Shown here: piece after piece, positions 47,173-60,203 of the stretch
Numbering within the stretch: position 1 is the first letter of the stretch
How the letters are laid out: each line of letters begins with the position of its first letter
NCBI RefSeq assembly: GCF_009914755.1
Contig: NC_060940.1
Reading direction: 5' to 3' (one strand)
DNA from: the human T2T-CHM13v2.0 reference genome, Homo sapiens
Length of the DNA: 64,000 bases
Notes under the pieces: model-generated
Told to the model about the DNA's origin: nothing
Seen by the model: the letters and a program-made list of their open reading frames with translations, nothing else
Database searches by the model: none
Position numbers and translations under genes: made by a program

Positions 47173-50044
47173 AATGAGCCGAGGGTGATGGTGCGCCCCG
47201 TGCACCTCTGTGGCCAAGGACGCGTGGCCATCGTGGACAGGCACAAGTCACGCAGGGAACACGAAGCAAGTCTGGCTCCGGCCAGCGGCTGGGGCTTCCC
47301 AGGGGAACAGGGACGGCACCGGATGGCGTTTGGAGGGGGACGGTAAGACTCAGGTTTAGCTTTGGTGACCACAGAGTCACAGAACTGGAAGAAAAGCGAC
47401 CTTTGTGAGCAAGTCGGATGTGAAGACGGCTTGAAGTAGGTGGAGGCAGCCAGTGGTTAGGGGCAAAGAGACCTGCAGGGCCAAGTGTGCAGCCACTGGG
47501 GGGATGTCAGCCCGTATGAGAGTCAGGGGAGCAGACCCCCACTCTTTGAGTGTCCTGACATCAAGACACCTGCTACATGCAAAAGAGAAGCCACAGAGTC
47601 CACTGAGGGACAAGGATGGGGCTCAGAGAGCCCTGGGGCCTGTGGACCCTGGAGTCAGGGGACAGGGGACATCTCCCAAGGTACGGAGAGTGAGCTGAGA
47701 TAGGTTAGAGGGGGTCCTGGAGGGCGGCAGGTGGTCTGGCACATCCAGGCTGTGGCGAGACCAACAGCAGAGAAATGACTACTGGTCCTGACAGTGCAGA
47801 GGTCGCCATGACCCTGACCGAGGCCGCTCCAGGGAGGGTCAGAGAGGAGGCCTGCACAGGGGCCAGCTGGCCAGAGGGGGATGGGCTTGTGTGCCTGGTA
47901 GCCAGGACATAATAGCCCATGTTATGTGCTGGTGGGAATAGCTGGTGACACTGGAGAGAACGGGCCGAGCGGCCAGGTCCACACCTAAGCCCAGGTTGGG
48001 GGCAGGGGCTGGGCAAGCCACTGCCCCAGGGAGCCAGGAGGTCAGAAGAGAACACGGGCCGCAGGTGACTGAAAGGAGCCGGGAGCAAAGGGGGTCCCCA
48101 TCTGCCTTCTCCTCTTCCCTGAAGAAGGCGCGGAGGGGATGGGAGGCCATTGCACCCCTCCACCAGGATGGAGAGGGGGTGCCCCCGTAGTGTCTCGGGG
48201 TGCCCGGGAGACCCAACTCCAGGGGAACACCCCGCTGATAACGCCAGTAAGACAGTGGGGACAGCAGGCTGGTGAGGGTCCCGTCCTCCAGCAGGGTCCT
48301 TGCCCACACAGCCTGCGGAGACCACCTCCCAGTCCCCGAGGGGCAGCTGCGGGTGCCCCAGGCTCAGCCTCTGCCTCGGTTTCCCCCTCGCGGGTCTGAC
48401 ATGCCTCATCCCCAGGCAGCAGTGTCCTGGGAACGCTGCTTCGGAAGGACACCACCGTGAGCCACACATCTTGTTGACATTCCTGAGTCCTGCCCTAGCA
48501 CTTCTGCGGCTGCCAGGGCACGGCCGACGCTTGTCTGCTGCTCTGGAAGAGCCGCAGGAACCAATTCCAGGGTCAGATCCAGTTTCATTCTTGAGCCTCC
48601 GGCACTCTGGGCCCATCTCGCCTGTGAAGCGGGATGCAGAGGCACCTGCCTGGAGGCCCCTCCGCAGGCCACCAGATTTGGCCTGTGGTCACCAGCAGGC
48701 GGGCAGCCTTTCTAAACTGCATGGCCACGGCCCCTCTCCCCACACCCCTGCAGCAACAGAGTCCCCCACAATGACCTTGGAGATGCAGAAACAAACCCAC
48801 CCAGTGGCCTCCCAGGTCTGGGACCCAGCTCAAGGCCTCAGCTGAGAGAGGACAGAGCTGCCTGCAGCCCCCAAGTAAAAGGAACTTGAGAAACAGAAAT
48901 CAACAGCACAGGAGGGAGATGTGAGCCAGAAAAGTCGCTAGAACAGCGAGGTGGAGGAGGAAGAGCCACCTCACCCAGGCACTGAAATTCCTCCCAAGAG
49001 GCAGAGGTGGCGAGCAGGCCGCAGAGGGGAGGGCGCGGGGGTAGGGGCCACCCCTGCGTGATAACTGCAGACTCAGGATCAACATCGGAGAAGCCGGGTG
49101 AGAAACCAGCACTAACCTGCAGAGGCAGAAACCAGATATCACATCAGTCTCTAAGTGGAACGGGCTTGAAAGCCAGATAAGGAATCCCAGGGCCCCTGGG
49201 TTCCACACGGAGGCCAAGGCCAAGCTGAACAGGTCCTCCCCTTCCCTGTCTTCAGCCAAGGGGCCATGGGCAGATGGGGCAGGGCTCTGGGGCAGAGAAC
49301 ATTCCTTAAACTGCTATAAAGACAAACGGAGAACACGCTAGAGAAGTCCTCCCCTGCTGGCAAAACCACCGTAAGCAGAGTGCAAGCCCCCAAAACTCTC
49401 AACAGTTATAAGCAGCCCATTTGGGGTCAGTGTGGTAAATTCGACAAATCTGACCAGCCAGGTGGTCACTGACATGGAGCCGCCCAGGTGTGTGGGCGCA
49501 TGGGGGCTTCCTAACTTGTGCACTCCTGGTCTCATGCCCACATCCCTAGAACTGCAGTCAGCAGCCATCGTGTGCCTGAGTGCCCAGGGACTGTGTGCGT
49601 GGGTTTTCTTTGCAGCCTGGCACTCCCACGCACCTGCACGCACATCTGTACACACACGTTTCCTCTTCCACGGCCTCCCGGGTCCACACGGTCACCCCAG
49701 TATGTCATGGATGCTAGCCTCACCTGGCGGTGTCCACTTCTTCCTTCTGCCCCCATGAGGCCAAAGCATCTCCTTATGGGGCTCACCATTGGAAGGGGAC
49801 CCATAGGGGTTCACTCAGACCCCACTCCCCACGGGTCCCAGGGCTCCTGGGATCTACGGAAGGGAGTGGGGCTGTCACAGGACCATCCAGGAGGCTTACA
49901 GTTACAGGAAGGGGTCAAAGCCTCAGCTCCTGGGGTGGGGAGGACGGTGGGGTCCGTCACGGCCAGGCCCTGCCTCCGCCCACAGCCTTGCCCTGGCTGG
50001 CAGGCTGGCCTTCAGCCTGACCCCGCCTGCTTCCCACCCCACAG

Positions 50045-50278
50045 AAGACGTCTTCCCCTGCAAGGACTGTGGCATCTGGTACCGCAGCGAGCGCAACCTG
50101 CAGGCGCACCTGCTCTACTACTGCGCCAGCCGCCAGGGCACCGGCTCCCCGGCCGCAGCCGCCACAGACGAGAAGCCCAAAGAGACCTACCCCAACGAGC
50201 GCGTCTGCCCCTTCCCCCAGTGCCGCAAGAGCTGCCCCAGCGCCAGCTCCCTGGAGATCCACATGCGCAGCCACAGCG
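50045..50278 (+). CDS. ZFPM1: ZFPM1 coding exon 7 (234 nt), ZF1 (CCHC FOG-type) and ZF2 (C2H2)
   Basis: acag|AAGACGTC...CACAGCG|gtgagc; KDVFPCKDCGIWYRSERNLQAHLLYYC...CPFPQCRKSCPSASSLEIHMRSH. Confidence 0.97.
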
Positions 50279-50659
50279 GTGAGCCCCCACCCCGGACGCG
50301 GGTTCTCAGGATGCCGGCTGCTTCCCCACCCAGTCCCGCAGGCCGCCCGGGAAAACCCACATGCAAGCACACACGGTGCCACCATTCACCTGCGCGGTCT
50401 CCGGCACACCCAGGGCCCCCGCAGGGGCCCAGAGCAGGCAGGCCGGACTGTGGGCTATCTGGGTAGTCAGCTGAGGGCTGGGCCCACTGCTGTCCCGAGA
50501 GACAAAAGGCGGAGGAGGAGGAGGAGGAGGGGTTTAAAGACCCTTCAGCACAGGGTCCCCCGGCACAGATCACGGCCCTGGGCCCAGTCGCCTTCCTCAT
50601 CCCTGGAGTCCCAAGGTTAAGCTGGCCCGGGCACCGCTCTTACGCGCCCTGTGTTCCAG

Positions 50660-50755
50660 GGGAGCGGCCCTTCGTGTGCCTGATCTGCCTGTCGGCCTTC
50701 ACCACCAAGGCCAACTGCGAGCGGCACCTCAAGGTGCACACGGACACGCTGAGCG
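50660..50755 (+). CDS. ZFPM1: ZFPM1 coding exon 8 (96 nt), ZF3
   Basis: ttccag|GGGAGCGG...CTGAGCG|gtaggc; GERPFVCLICLSAFTTKANCERHLKVHTDTLS. Confidence 0.97.
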
Positions 50756-50834
50756 GTAGGCACCGCAGGGGCCGGGGGGTGTGTGGGTCCCGCCTCCCCG
50801 CCCTGGGCCTTGACCACCTCGCCATGGCCCACAG

Positions 50835-50981
50835 GTGTCTGCCACAGCTGTGGCTTCATCTCCACCACAAGGGACATCCTCTACAGCCACTTGGTCACCA
50901 ACCACATGGTCTGCCAGCCTGGCTCCAAGGGTGAGATCTACTCGCCAGGGGCCGGACACCCAGCAACCAAGCTGCCCCCAG
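50835..50981 (+). CDS. ZFPM1: ZFPM1 coding exon 9 (147 nt), ZF4
   Basis: ccacag|GTGTCTGC...CCCCCAG|gtgagc; GVCHSCGFISTTRDILYSHLVTNHMVCQPGSKGEIYSPGAGHPATKLPP. Confidence 0.96.
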
Positions 50982-51193
50982 GTGAGCAGCCCTGTGGGGG
51001 CCACCCCTGCCCCTTAGGCCCCCTGAGCAGTGGGAAGGGAGTGGGCTTGTCGCCCAAGACAGGTGGGGGTCCGTTTCAGCCTTCGCTCTAAACCACTCCC
51101 GCCCACCCCTCCCCTTCCGGAGCTCGCCCTCCAGCTCTGACCGGCCAGGTCCTGCCCCAGGCCTGAGGTGCCACCCCTGCGATCTCTCTGCAG

Positions 51194-53019
51194 ACAGTCT
51201 GGGCAGCTTCCAGCAGCAGCACACGGCCCTGCAAGGCCCCCTGGCCTCCGCGGACCTGGGCCTGGCGCCCACCCCATCGCCAGGACTGGACAGAAATGCC
51301 CTGGCCGAGGCCACCAACGGAGAGGCCAGAGCGGCCCCCCAGAATGGAGGCAGCAGCGAGCCCCCGGCGGCCCCCAGGAGCATCAAGGTGGAGGCGGTGG
51401 AGGAGCCGGAGGCGGCCCCCATCCTGGGCCCCGGAGAGCCTGGGCCCCAGGCCCCGTCGCGGACGCCGTCGCCGCGCAGCCCCGCCCCGGCCAGGGTCAA
51501 GGCCGAGCTGTCCAGCCCCACGCCGGGCTCCAGCCCGGTGCCCGGCGAGCTGGGCCTGGCCGGGGCCCTGTTCCTTCCGCAGTACGTGTTCGGGCCCGAC
51601 GCGGCGCCCCCCGCCTCGGAGATCCTGGCCAAGATGTCCGAGCTGGTGCACAGCCGGCTGCAGCAGGGCGCGGGCGCGGGCGCCGGCGGCGCGCAGACCG
51701 GGCTCTTCCCGGGGGCCCCCAAGGGCGCTACGTGCTTCGAGTGCGAGATCACCTTCAGCAACGTCAACAACTACTACGTGCACAAGCGCCTCTACTGTTC
51801 AGGCCGCCGTGCGCCCGAGGACGCGCCTGCCGCGCGCAGGCCCAAGGCGCCCCCCGGCCCGGCCCGCGCGCCGCCCGGCCAGCCCGCCGAACCCGACGCG
51901 CCGCGCTCGTCCCCGGGCCCCGGAGCGCGCGAGGAGGGGGCTGGGGGCGCGGCCACGCCCGAGGACGGCGCGGGCGGCCGGGGCAGCGAGGGCAGCCAGA
52001 GCCCGGGTAGCTCCGTGGACGACGCGGAGGACGACCCCAGCCGCACGCTGTGCGAGGCCTGCAACATCCGCTTCAGCCGCCACGAGACCTACACCGTGCA
52101 CAAGCGGTACTACTGCGCCTCGCGCCACGACCCGCCGCCGCGCCGACCGGCCGCGCCCCCGGGACCCCCTGGGCCGGCCGCGCCCCCGGCCCCCTCTCCC
52201 GCCGCGCCTGTGCGCACGCGCAGACGCCGCAAGCTCTACGAGCTGCACGCGGCCGGCGCCCCGCCCCCCCCGCCGCCCGGCCACGCCCCCGCGCCCGAGT
52301 CGCCGCGGCCCGGAAGCGGAAGCGGAAGCGGCCCCGGCCTCGCCCCTGCGCGCTCGCCCGGCCCCGCGGCCGACGGCCCCATCGACCTGAGCAAGAAGCC
52401 GCGGCGCCCGCTCCCCGGAGCCCCGGCACCGGCGCTGGCCGACTACCACGAGTGCACGGCCTGCCGCGTGAGCTTCCACAGCCTCGAGGCCTACCTGGCG
52501 CACAAGAAGTACTCGTGCCCCGCTGCGCCACCGCCCGGCGCGCTCGGCCTGCCCGCCGCCGCCTGCCCCTACTGCCCCCCGAACGGCCCGGTGCGCGGGG
52601 ACCTGCTGGAGCATTTCCGCCTGGCGCACGGCCTGCTGCTCGGCGCGCCCCTGGCCGGCCCGGGGGTCGAGGCCCGGACGCCGGCCGACCGCGGCCCCTC
52701 GCCCGCTCCCGCCCCCGCCGCCTCCCCGCAGCCCGGGTCCCGTGGCCCCCGGGACGGCCTCGGCCCGGAGCCCCAGGAGCCGCCGCCCGGCCCGCCCCCG
52801 TCCCCGGCCGCCGCGCCCGAGGCCGTGCCGCCCCCGCCGGCGCCCCCCTCCTACTCGGACAAGGGCGTCCAGACTCCCAGCAAGGGCACGCCGGCGCCGC
52901 TGCCCAACGGCAACCACCGGTACTGCCGTCTTTGCAACATCAAGTTCAGCAGCCTGTCCACCTTCATCGCCCACAAGAAGTATTACTGCTCCTCGCACGC
53001 CGCCGAGCACGTGAAGTGA
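51194..53019 (+). CDS. ZFPM1: ZFPM1 terminal coding exon 10: ZF5-ZF9, basic RTRRRRK patch, CtBP-binding PIDLS (52378-52392), stop TGA 53017-53019
   Basis: ctgcag|ACAGTCTG; contains ORF 51388-53019 with CFECEITFSNVNNYYVHKRLYC, CEACNIRFSRHETYTVHKRYYC, PIDLSKK, CTACRVSFHSLEAYLAHKKYSC, CRLCNIKFSSLSTFIAHKKYYC...HVK*. Confidence 0.98.
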
Positions 53020-53170
53020 GCGCCCACACTACAGCCGCAGACGCTTTGCACGCCCCGCTGCGATGCGGGGAGGGGGCCGCCCCCAGGCCGCACGGACTGC
53101 CGCTCCTGGGAACCCCGCCACGCACAGGCCTCGGCGGAGGGGGCCGCAGGGGGCAGCGCCCGCCTGGACC
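51300..53170. promoter_or_regulatory. Intragenic 3' CpG island over exon 10
   Basis: Extremely high GC and unsuppressed CpG (gcgcgc, ccgccg runs) compared with flanks. Confidence 0.9.
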
Positions 53171-53180
53171 CTTGGCACTT

Positions 53181-53186
53181 AATAAA
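53181..53186 (+). terminator. ZFPM1: Proximal polyadenylation signal AATAAA of ZFPM1
   Basis: Canonical AATAAA 162 nt after the stop codon, followed by GT/T-rich sequence. Confidence 0.8.
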
Positions 53187-54002
53187 GAAGTTCAGTTTGA
53201 TGAGCATGGTGGTGGGCCAGCCTAGTTCTCTGAGCCAGCAGGCACACGCAGCCAGTGTCACATCCAGCCCTGCTGTGTACACAGGCCACTGCGGCCCGGA
53301 GTGGCTGGGCCCCTGCCGGAGTTACACCACTGGGTGCTAAGAGCTAGACCGAGCGTCAGGTCGGAGGCCACAGCACACACTGAACCACTGCAGGGCCAGC
53401 CGCTCTGGGCCTACCCCACCCCAGCCCTGTCCATACCCCCCTAGGGAGAGCAGCCTCCACACTGCTGACCCTCTCCACGGTCTACTTGGCCGCCAGACAC
53501 GGAAGAGAGGGGCACTGACCTGGCTGGCCATCCCCCAACCCTGCATGGTCCTGGGGGTCCGATGTCCCCCATCCAGTCACAGACCACCAGGGATGGCAGG
53601 GGTGGGGGCGCCCTGGGGAGGATGAAGCCCTGTGGTGGCCAAGGCTGGGGGAAGAACAGGCGAGTAGGTGGACAGGAGAGGGAGACCGAGGCCGAAGCAT
53701 TCCCTGGCCTCGAGGGGGTCCTGATGCTCACTGGTGGGTGCATCTCTCCCTCAGAGCCAGGGCTGAGGACAACCGTGTGGTGGAGTCACCTGTGGTGGCT
53801 GAGTCGGTGCAAGGGTCAGGGCACCCCCACCCCCCGTCTTCCCTGCCCTGCTGGGCTGTATGGGCCGGCCACACTGAGGGAGTACTTGGCTGACCGCGTT
53901 CAGCCACGGTGTCACCGTGCCGTTTGCAGCTGGGTGGCTGTGGGCAGCCTCCAGCGTGCTTTCTCACTGGAGAACAAAAACACTCTTCTATTCCCAACGT
54001 CA

Positions 54003-54510
<508 letters not shown>

Positions 54511-54994
54511 GCCCATTTCCAACTCTACTTGAACTAGCTGCATTTTTTTCAGCTTTGCCCAGCAGCCCTGGTGAGTGCAGGCAAAGAAGGCAGCGGCCTC
54601 TTGCCTCAGAAGCCCGAGGCACTTCCCAGCCAGTCCAGGGCTCGCTCTCCTGCCCGCAGCTCGTGGGCCTGGGTCTGCAGCGCTTTCAGTGGTCTCTGAT
54701 GTCTTTGTCCACCTGCCCACTAGGGTCTGGCCAGATGGGGCCCGTAGCCAAGGCCAATGGACAGACATGGCTTCCACCCCCTCCCAGGGACCTGAGCTCC
54801 AGGGAAGGCAAGCAGCCTTTTCCTCACAGACACCCCTTCTGTTGAAGACCAGGTGATAGCGGGGACGGGAGGCACGGACCCCTCAAGTCTGCTCATCATT
54901 TGCATTGTTGTGCATGAATTTGCGTGGAGGGTTCAGGAGGCTCTGCCCCCAAGTCCTCCCCAGGTGCAGGCGCAGGGTACAAGATGTTCTAAAA

Positions 54995-55043
54995 AATAGA
55001 AACCTGGTGGGGGGTTGTCACTGTGTGTACATTTAAAAGTAAA
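54995..55043 (+). terminator. ZFPM1: Candidate distal polyadenylation signal (AATAGA 54995, TGTA 55026, AGTAAA 55038)
   Basis: AT-rich island in GC-rich DNA with a CFIm UGUA motif just upstream of a known variant hexamer. Confidence 0.45.
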
Positions 55044-56713
55044 CTGTTTAAAGGTGTCTAGAAACTACGAATACAGTCTCTGGTGAGTGACAGGTGCTCA
55101 AAGGGGGTAAAAAACACAACTCCAGTGTCCTCACCCCCTTTGAGCCCCACCCCAAACCTGACCAAGCGAGGCCCTGGAATGCAAGACGCAGAGGAGAATC
55201 TGGAAGACAGCCCAGCAGTGCCGCACAAACCCGCCATGCACCCAGACGTGCCTCAGTGTCCACACCTGTGCCGCAGGAGTGGGAGTTCGGGCCTGGCAAC
55301 CCTTCCTGGGGGCTCATCTCAGAGGCAGCAAGGACCCTGTGACCGGGACCCAGACCTGAAGTCACCCCAGAGGGCCCCGCCACGGCCCGGACTCGAAGCT
55401 TAGGGCAGCACACTGAGCCTCACGAAGGGCCCTGCGCCTGTCCTGGCTTGCATAACCCCCTACTGCCCCCACCATGCAGGGCTGGGTACCGCTGCCATCG
55501 CCCGTCCCAGGTCATTGGCGTGTGGCCAGAGCCCGTCCCCATCGCACCCAGGACTCGCCTCGGGCACGCGTCTTCTGCACAGACCCTGGGGCCCCCACAC
55601 CTGGCAGACGCCATCAGTCACCCCTACTCCCTCAAGCCATCACCCCAGTCTCCCCCCACCAGACCACCGCCTGGGCCTCCACCCTGTGCCTCCCCTGTAG
55701 CCGCTGACTCGGTGGTGGCCCAGGCCTTCTCCCGCCTCTCCCCAGGAAGCTGCCTGCCCTGCTCACAGACACCCCCTCGGCCCCCCAGCTGGTTCTCTGC
55801 TGAGCCAGGTTCAAGGCTCTGAGTCTGCCCTGGTCTCCCCTTGAAGTTCTCCCTCCACACTCCTGGGGTGGGCTCATGGTCTTCTCTCCACTAATTCTGT
55901 AGTCTAGCCACGCCTCCCCTGAGCCCCAGACCTGCAGACCTACAGCCCCTGTGTCCTTCCAGGCCCTTGATGTACCATGAGTGACTGTAACCCCACGCAC
56001 CTGTAACTTCTGCCCACACCTGTGCAGGTGTTCCCCTCCCCCAAGCCCACCTGTCTCCCCACACCAGTGCAAGCACCCCCCTGGCTCACTGTCTCCTCCC
56101 CTCACCTGCACAGGCATCACCCCGAGCCCACCTGTCTCCCCACCAGCCCACCTGTCTCCTCCCCTCACCTGCATAGGCATCCTCAGTGGCCCCCTGCCCC
56201 TCAAGCTGGAGAGCATCAGCCTTGCCTATTCACCCTTCATTGTCAAAGCAATGCTTGATTTGTCCAAATCCCACCGCTTCCCAAACCCATCCACCATCGC
56301 CGACTCCCAGACCTGGGACTTCGCCCTTGAGTCTCTCTGAACAGCCGCTTCCAAATCTCGAGGGTCCACTCCTCACACAGCTGCCACCGCTCCCCTCTCC
56401 CAGGCTCACCCTGCTCTGAGGCCCGTCCCCGCCCCCAGGTGCCTGTGCTTCGCGTAAAACCCCTTCTGTTACTGGCCCCATCCTTCAGAGGTCAGAAGTC
56501 CCCCTTCTCTGCCTCAGCACAGAGGAGAGGAGCCTCCCGATGGCGGCCTGTCCCGACGGCAGCCCCTGGCCCTGCTAAGCCCACCACCCGCTGGGCTCCA
56601 TGCTGCAGCTGGTTGCTCCAGGCAGTGCCTCCTGATGCCCTCTCTACTCCTCCGAGGCTGTCCTTGTCATCCAGCTCTCAGCTTAGGTGCCCCCTCAGAC
56701 CTGTCCCTGGCTC

Positions 56714-56840
56714 ACTTCCCGCGTAGGAACGGTCACTCTGCACCTCTGTCCCCAGCTCGCTCCCGTGTAGGAATGGTCACTCTGCACCTCTGTCCCCAGC
56801 TCACTCCCACGTAGGAACGGTCACTCTGCATCTCTGTCCT
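56714..56840 (+). repeat. 44-bp tandem repeat, ~3 copies
   Basis: gtaggaa(c/t)ggtcactctgcacctctgtccccagctc at 56723, 56767, 56811. Confidence 0.9.
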
Positions 56841-59346
56841 CTTGCCCGTCGCCTACTGGCCTGTCTCCTTTGAAAGCTGGGGCTGCGCCTGCTGGACCTC
56901 TGCCTCCCAGGCACCCACAAGTGGCCGACACAGAGGAGGGGTCTGCATCTGTTGAAGTCACAGGGGTGTGTGTGGACCACAGCCAGCCCCTCCCCATGCC
57001 CAGCAGTCAGTCCAACTGTCACAGCCCACTTTCCAGCCACACTGTCCACTCATGGCACACGGCCACCGTCACAGCCCACTCTCCAATCACACTGTCCACT
57101 GAGTCCCATGTGTGACCTGAGCTTCTTGGATCTCGGACCGCTGCATTCCAAGCTGCTCTCTCCCCACTCCCCCCTCCCCACTCCCCCCAGCTTTGCCTGT
57201 GAAACTCCTTCTCTCCTCAAGACTGGCTTAAAAGGTCCCCCTCAGGGCCACCCAGCCAGGCTGTACCCGTCCCCTGCCCTGCACAGGATGGGCCTCCCGC
57301 CTCCACCCTCCTTCTTCCAGGAGGGCACCTGCTCCCTTCTACCTGAGCTGCATACAGCTCAAAGCCCCTTGCAGGCTGGCAACTCCCAGGCAGGGTCAGC
57401 CCAGCCTGCCGGGAGTCCCTCACGCTACTTGGGACACAACGTCCACGAGATGATGCAGGGCAGCCTCGCCCTCCTGAGGCCCCTTCCTCTGCCAGGCACA
57501 GGGTCTGTCCTCTCAGCCACACCATGGGCTGAGTGCCCTGACTGTGCACGAGGGCCCCAAGGTTCCATCGGGACACACCTCCTGCCCAGGCACCTGGCGG
57601 GCACAGCTGGGCCAGGACACATCCCTCTGCTGGCTTCCAGCACTCGGTTCTCGACCACCAGCCGTACTGCTGGGCACTGGCTCCCAGCCACGCCCTGGCT
57701 TACAGAAAGCTCAGGCCTAGCAGAAGCCCACCCCAGCCTGCCTGAGGAAGGGTGGGAGTGGAGAGGGCCCCCACTGCCGGCCCTGTCTCCCACGCCAGGA
57801 CACCAACATGCAGAGCAGGACATCACCTGTGGCTGGGGGGCTGCGTGAGCTGGCAACCGTCGGATGGGTCTGCTCTGAAAACCGGTCCCCACCTGTCCCC
57901 CGCAAGCCGACCCCTCGGGAGAGCCCAGCTTTGGAGTCTCAGGCAGAGCCTCAGGACGCCAGGAGGCAGCAAAGCCGTTGCACTCTGGCCTGCCCTGTAT
58001 CTGCCGGGGCCTTGCAGAGGGGGAGGGAGGAAGATTGGGAGGAGGCAGCCTCACCCCCTCAACACCCAACCCCCTCCTCCTTGGAGGTGCCAGGGAGAGG
58101 TGAAGAGAAGAGCAAACCATGCAGCTGTGGACAGAACTCGCCTCGGGACCTCGGGCTGGGAGTGTCTCAGAGGTGAGCCAGGCAGGGGCAGGGAGGGTCG
58201 GGAGCTCCGGGCAGAGGTTAGGGTTAGGGCGGGACGCATGGAGGAGGGAGGCGCAGAGCAGGAGGTCTCGCAGCTTTTCGGAAGCGCATCCATTTCCACA
58301 GCGAGGGAAGGAGCAGGGGAGGTGACTGGCCACCCGGGAGGAGCTTGGCCACCAGACAGCCAGGTGGCCTGGACCTGGCGAGAGTGGCGAACCCGGCAGA
58401 ATCCCAACCTCACAGGGCTGTTCCAGGCTGCTTCCAACACGACCCTGGAGGCACATCCTCTGATGCTGTCCTTGGGCAGGGAGCAGGGGGCTCCCAGGCA
58501 CGGTGACTTGCCCAGGGTCACAGGAGTGACCACCAAGATGCAAGGGAAATACACAGCCTGAGCCCTGCCTTGCACACGGCGGCCCTCGCACCAGCACGGC
58601 CTCCCCATCTGGCACCCTCAGAGCCCCTCTGTCCCCTCAGAGCCCCAGGCCTCCCCAGCACTGCCCACAGACCTGCAGCAGCTTCTGTCTGGCTGCTTCC
58701 CTCCCTGCCGGCCAGGGCCTGGGAATCTGCATTTAACCAGCTCCCAGCAGTTTGCTCTCTGGCACATGTGAGACCTGCACTCACAGCAGGTGCCCAGACC
58801 GTGGGCGCCGACCTCACTAGCTCACCAGCAGGAGCACACACAGCCCTGCTCACCAGGCCTTCGTCAGCTGAGGCAGGGGCGGGGCAGGGAGAGAGCTGGA
58901 CCCAGATCTCTGCCCAAGGGCCGTGTCCTGCCCTGCGCGGAGTGCACACTTGGCCCTCCCCTTCTCTGACACTCCTGGTGAACAGGGTGGCGAGGGCAGT
59001 AGCCCCACCCTCGAACGCAGGGCATGGGCTGAGGCTGAAGGAATGCCTAGGAGAGTGTGGCGTGTGCAGGTGGGGGGCGGAAAGGGGCAGGGAAGGGTGA
59101 AGAGGGCCTTGGTGTCCTGGCTAATCCGAGTCCTCCGTGTTGAACCCCAAACCCCAAGCAGCCGGGAGAAGCTGGAGCAGGCCTGGCACACACCCTAACT
59201 CCAGTCTGAAATTCTGGGCCCCTCCTGCACAGCCCAGATCCCCCCAGGAGGCCGCTGATGGCTCAAAGAAGGTCTCATATGCTCTCATGGGCGTATGCCA
59301 CCAGCCTGAGGCAGAGACCCAAGGCCCACACGCCCGGCTATTGCCG

Positions 59347-60203
<857 letters not shown>

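Noticed and set aside
51799-53010. 403-aa antisense ORF over exon 10
   Set aside because: Shadow frame expected from extreme third-position GC
51388-53019. 543-aa ORF as a standalone single-exon gene
   Set aside because: It is the 3' part of ZFPM1 exon 10; the start is an internal GTG and the frame extends to the acceptor at 51194
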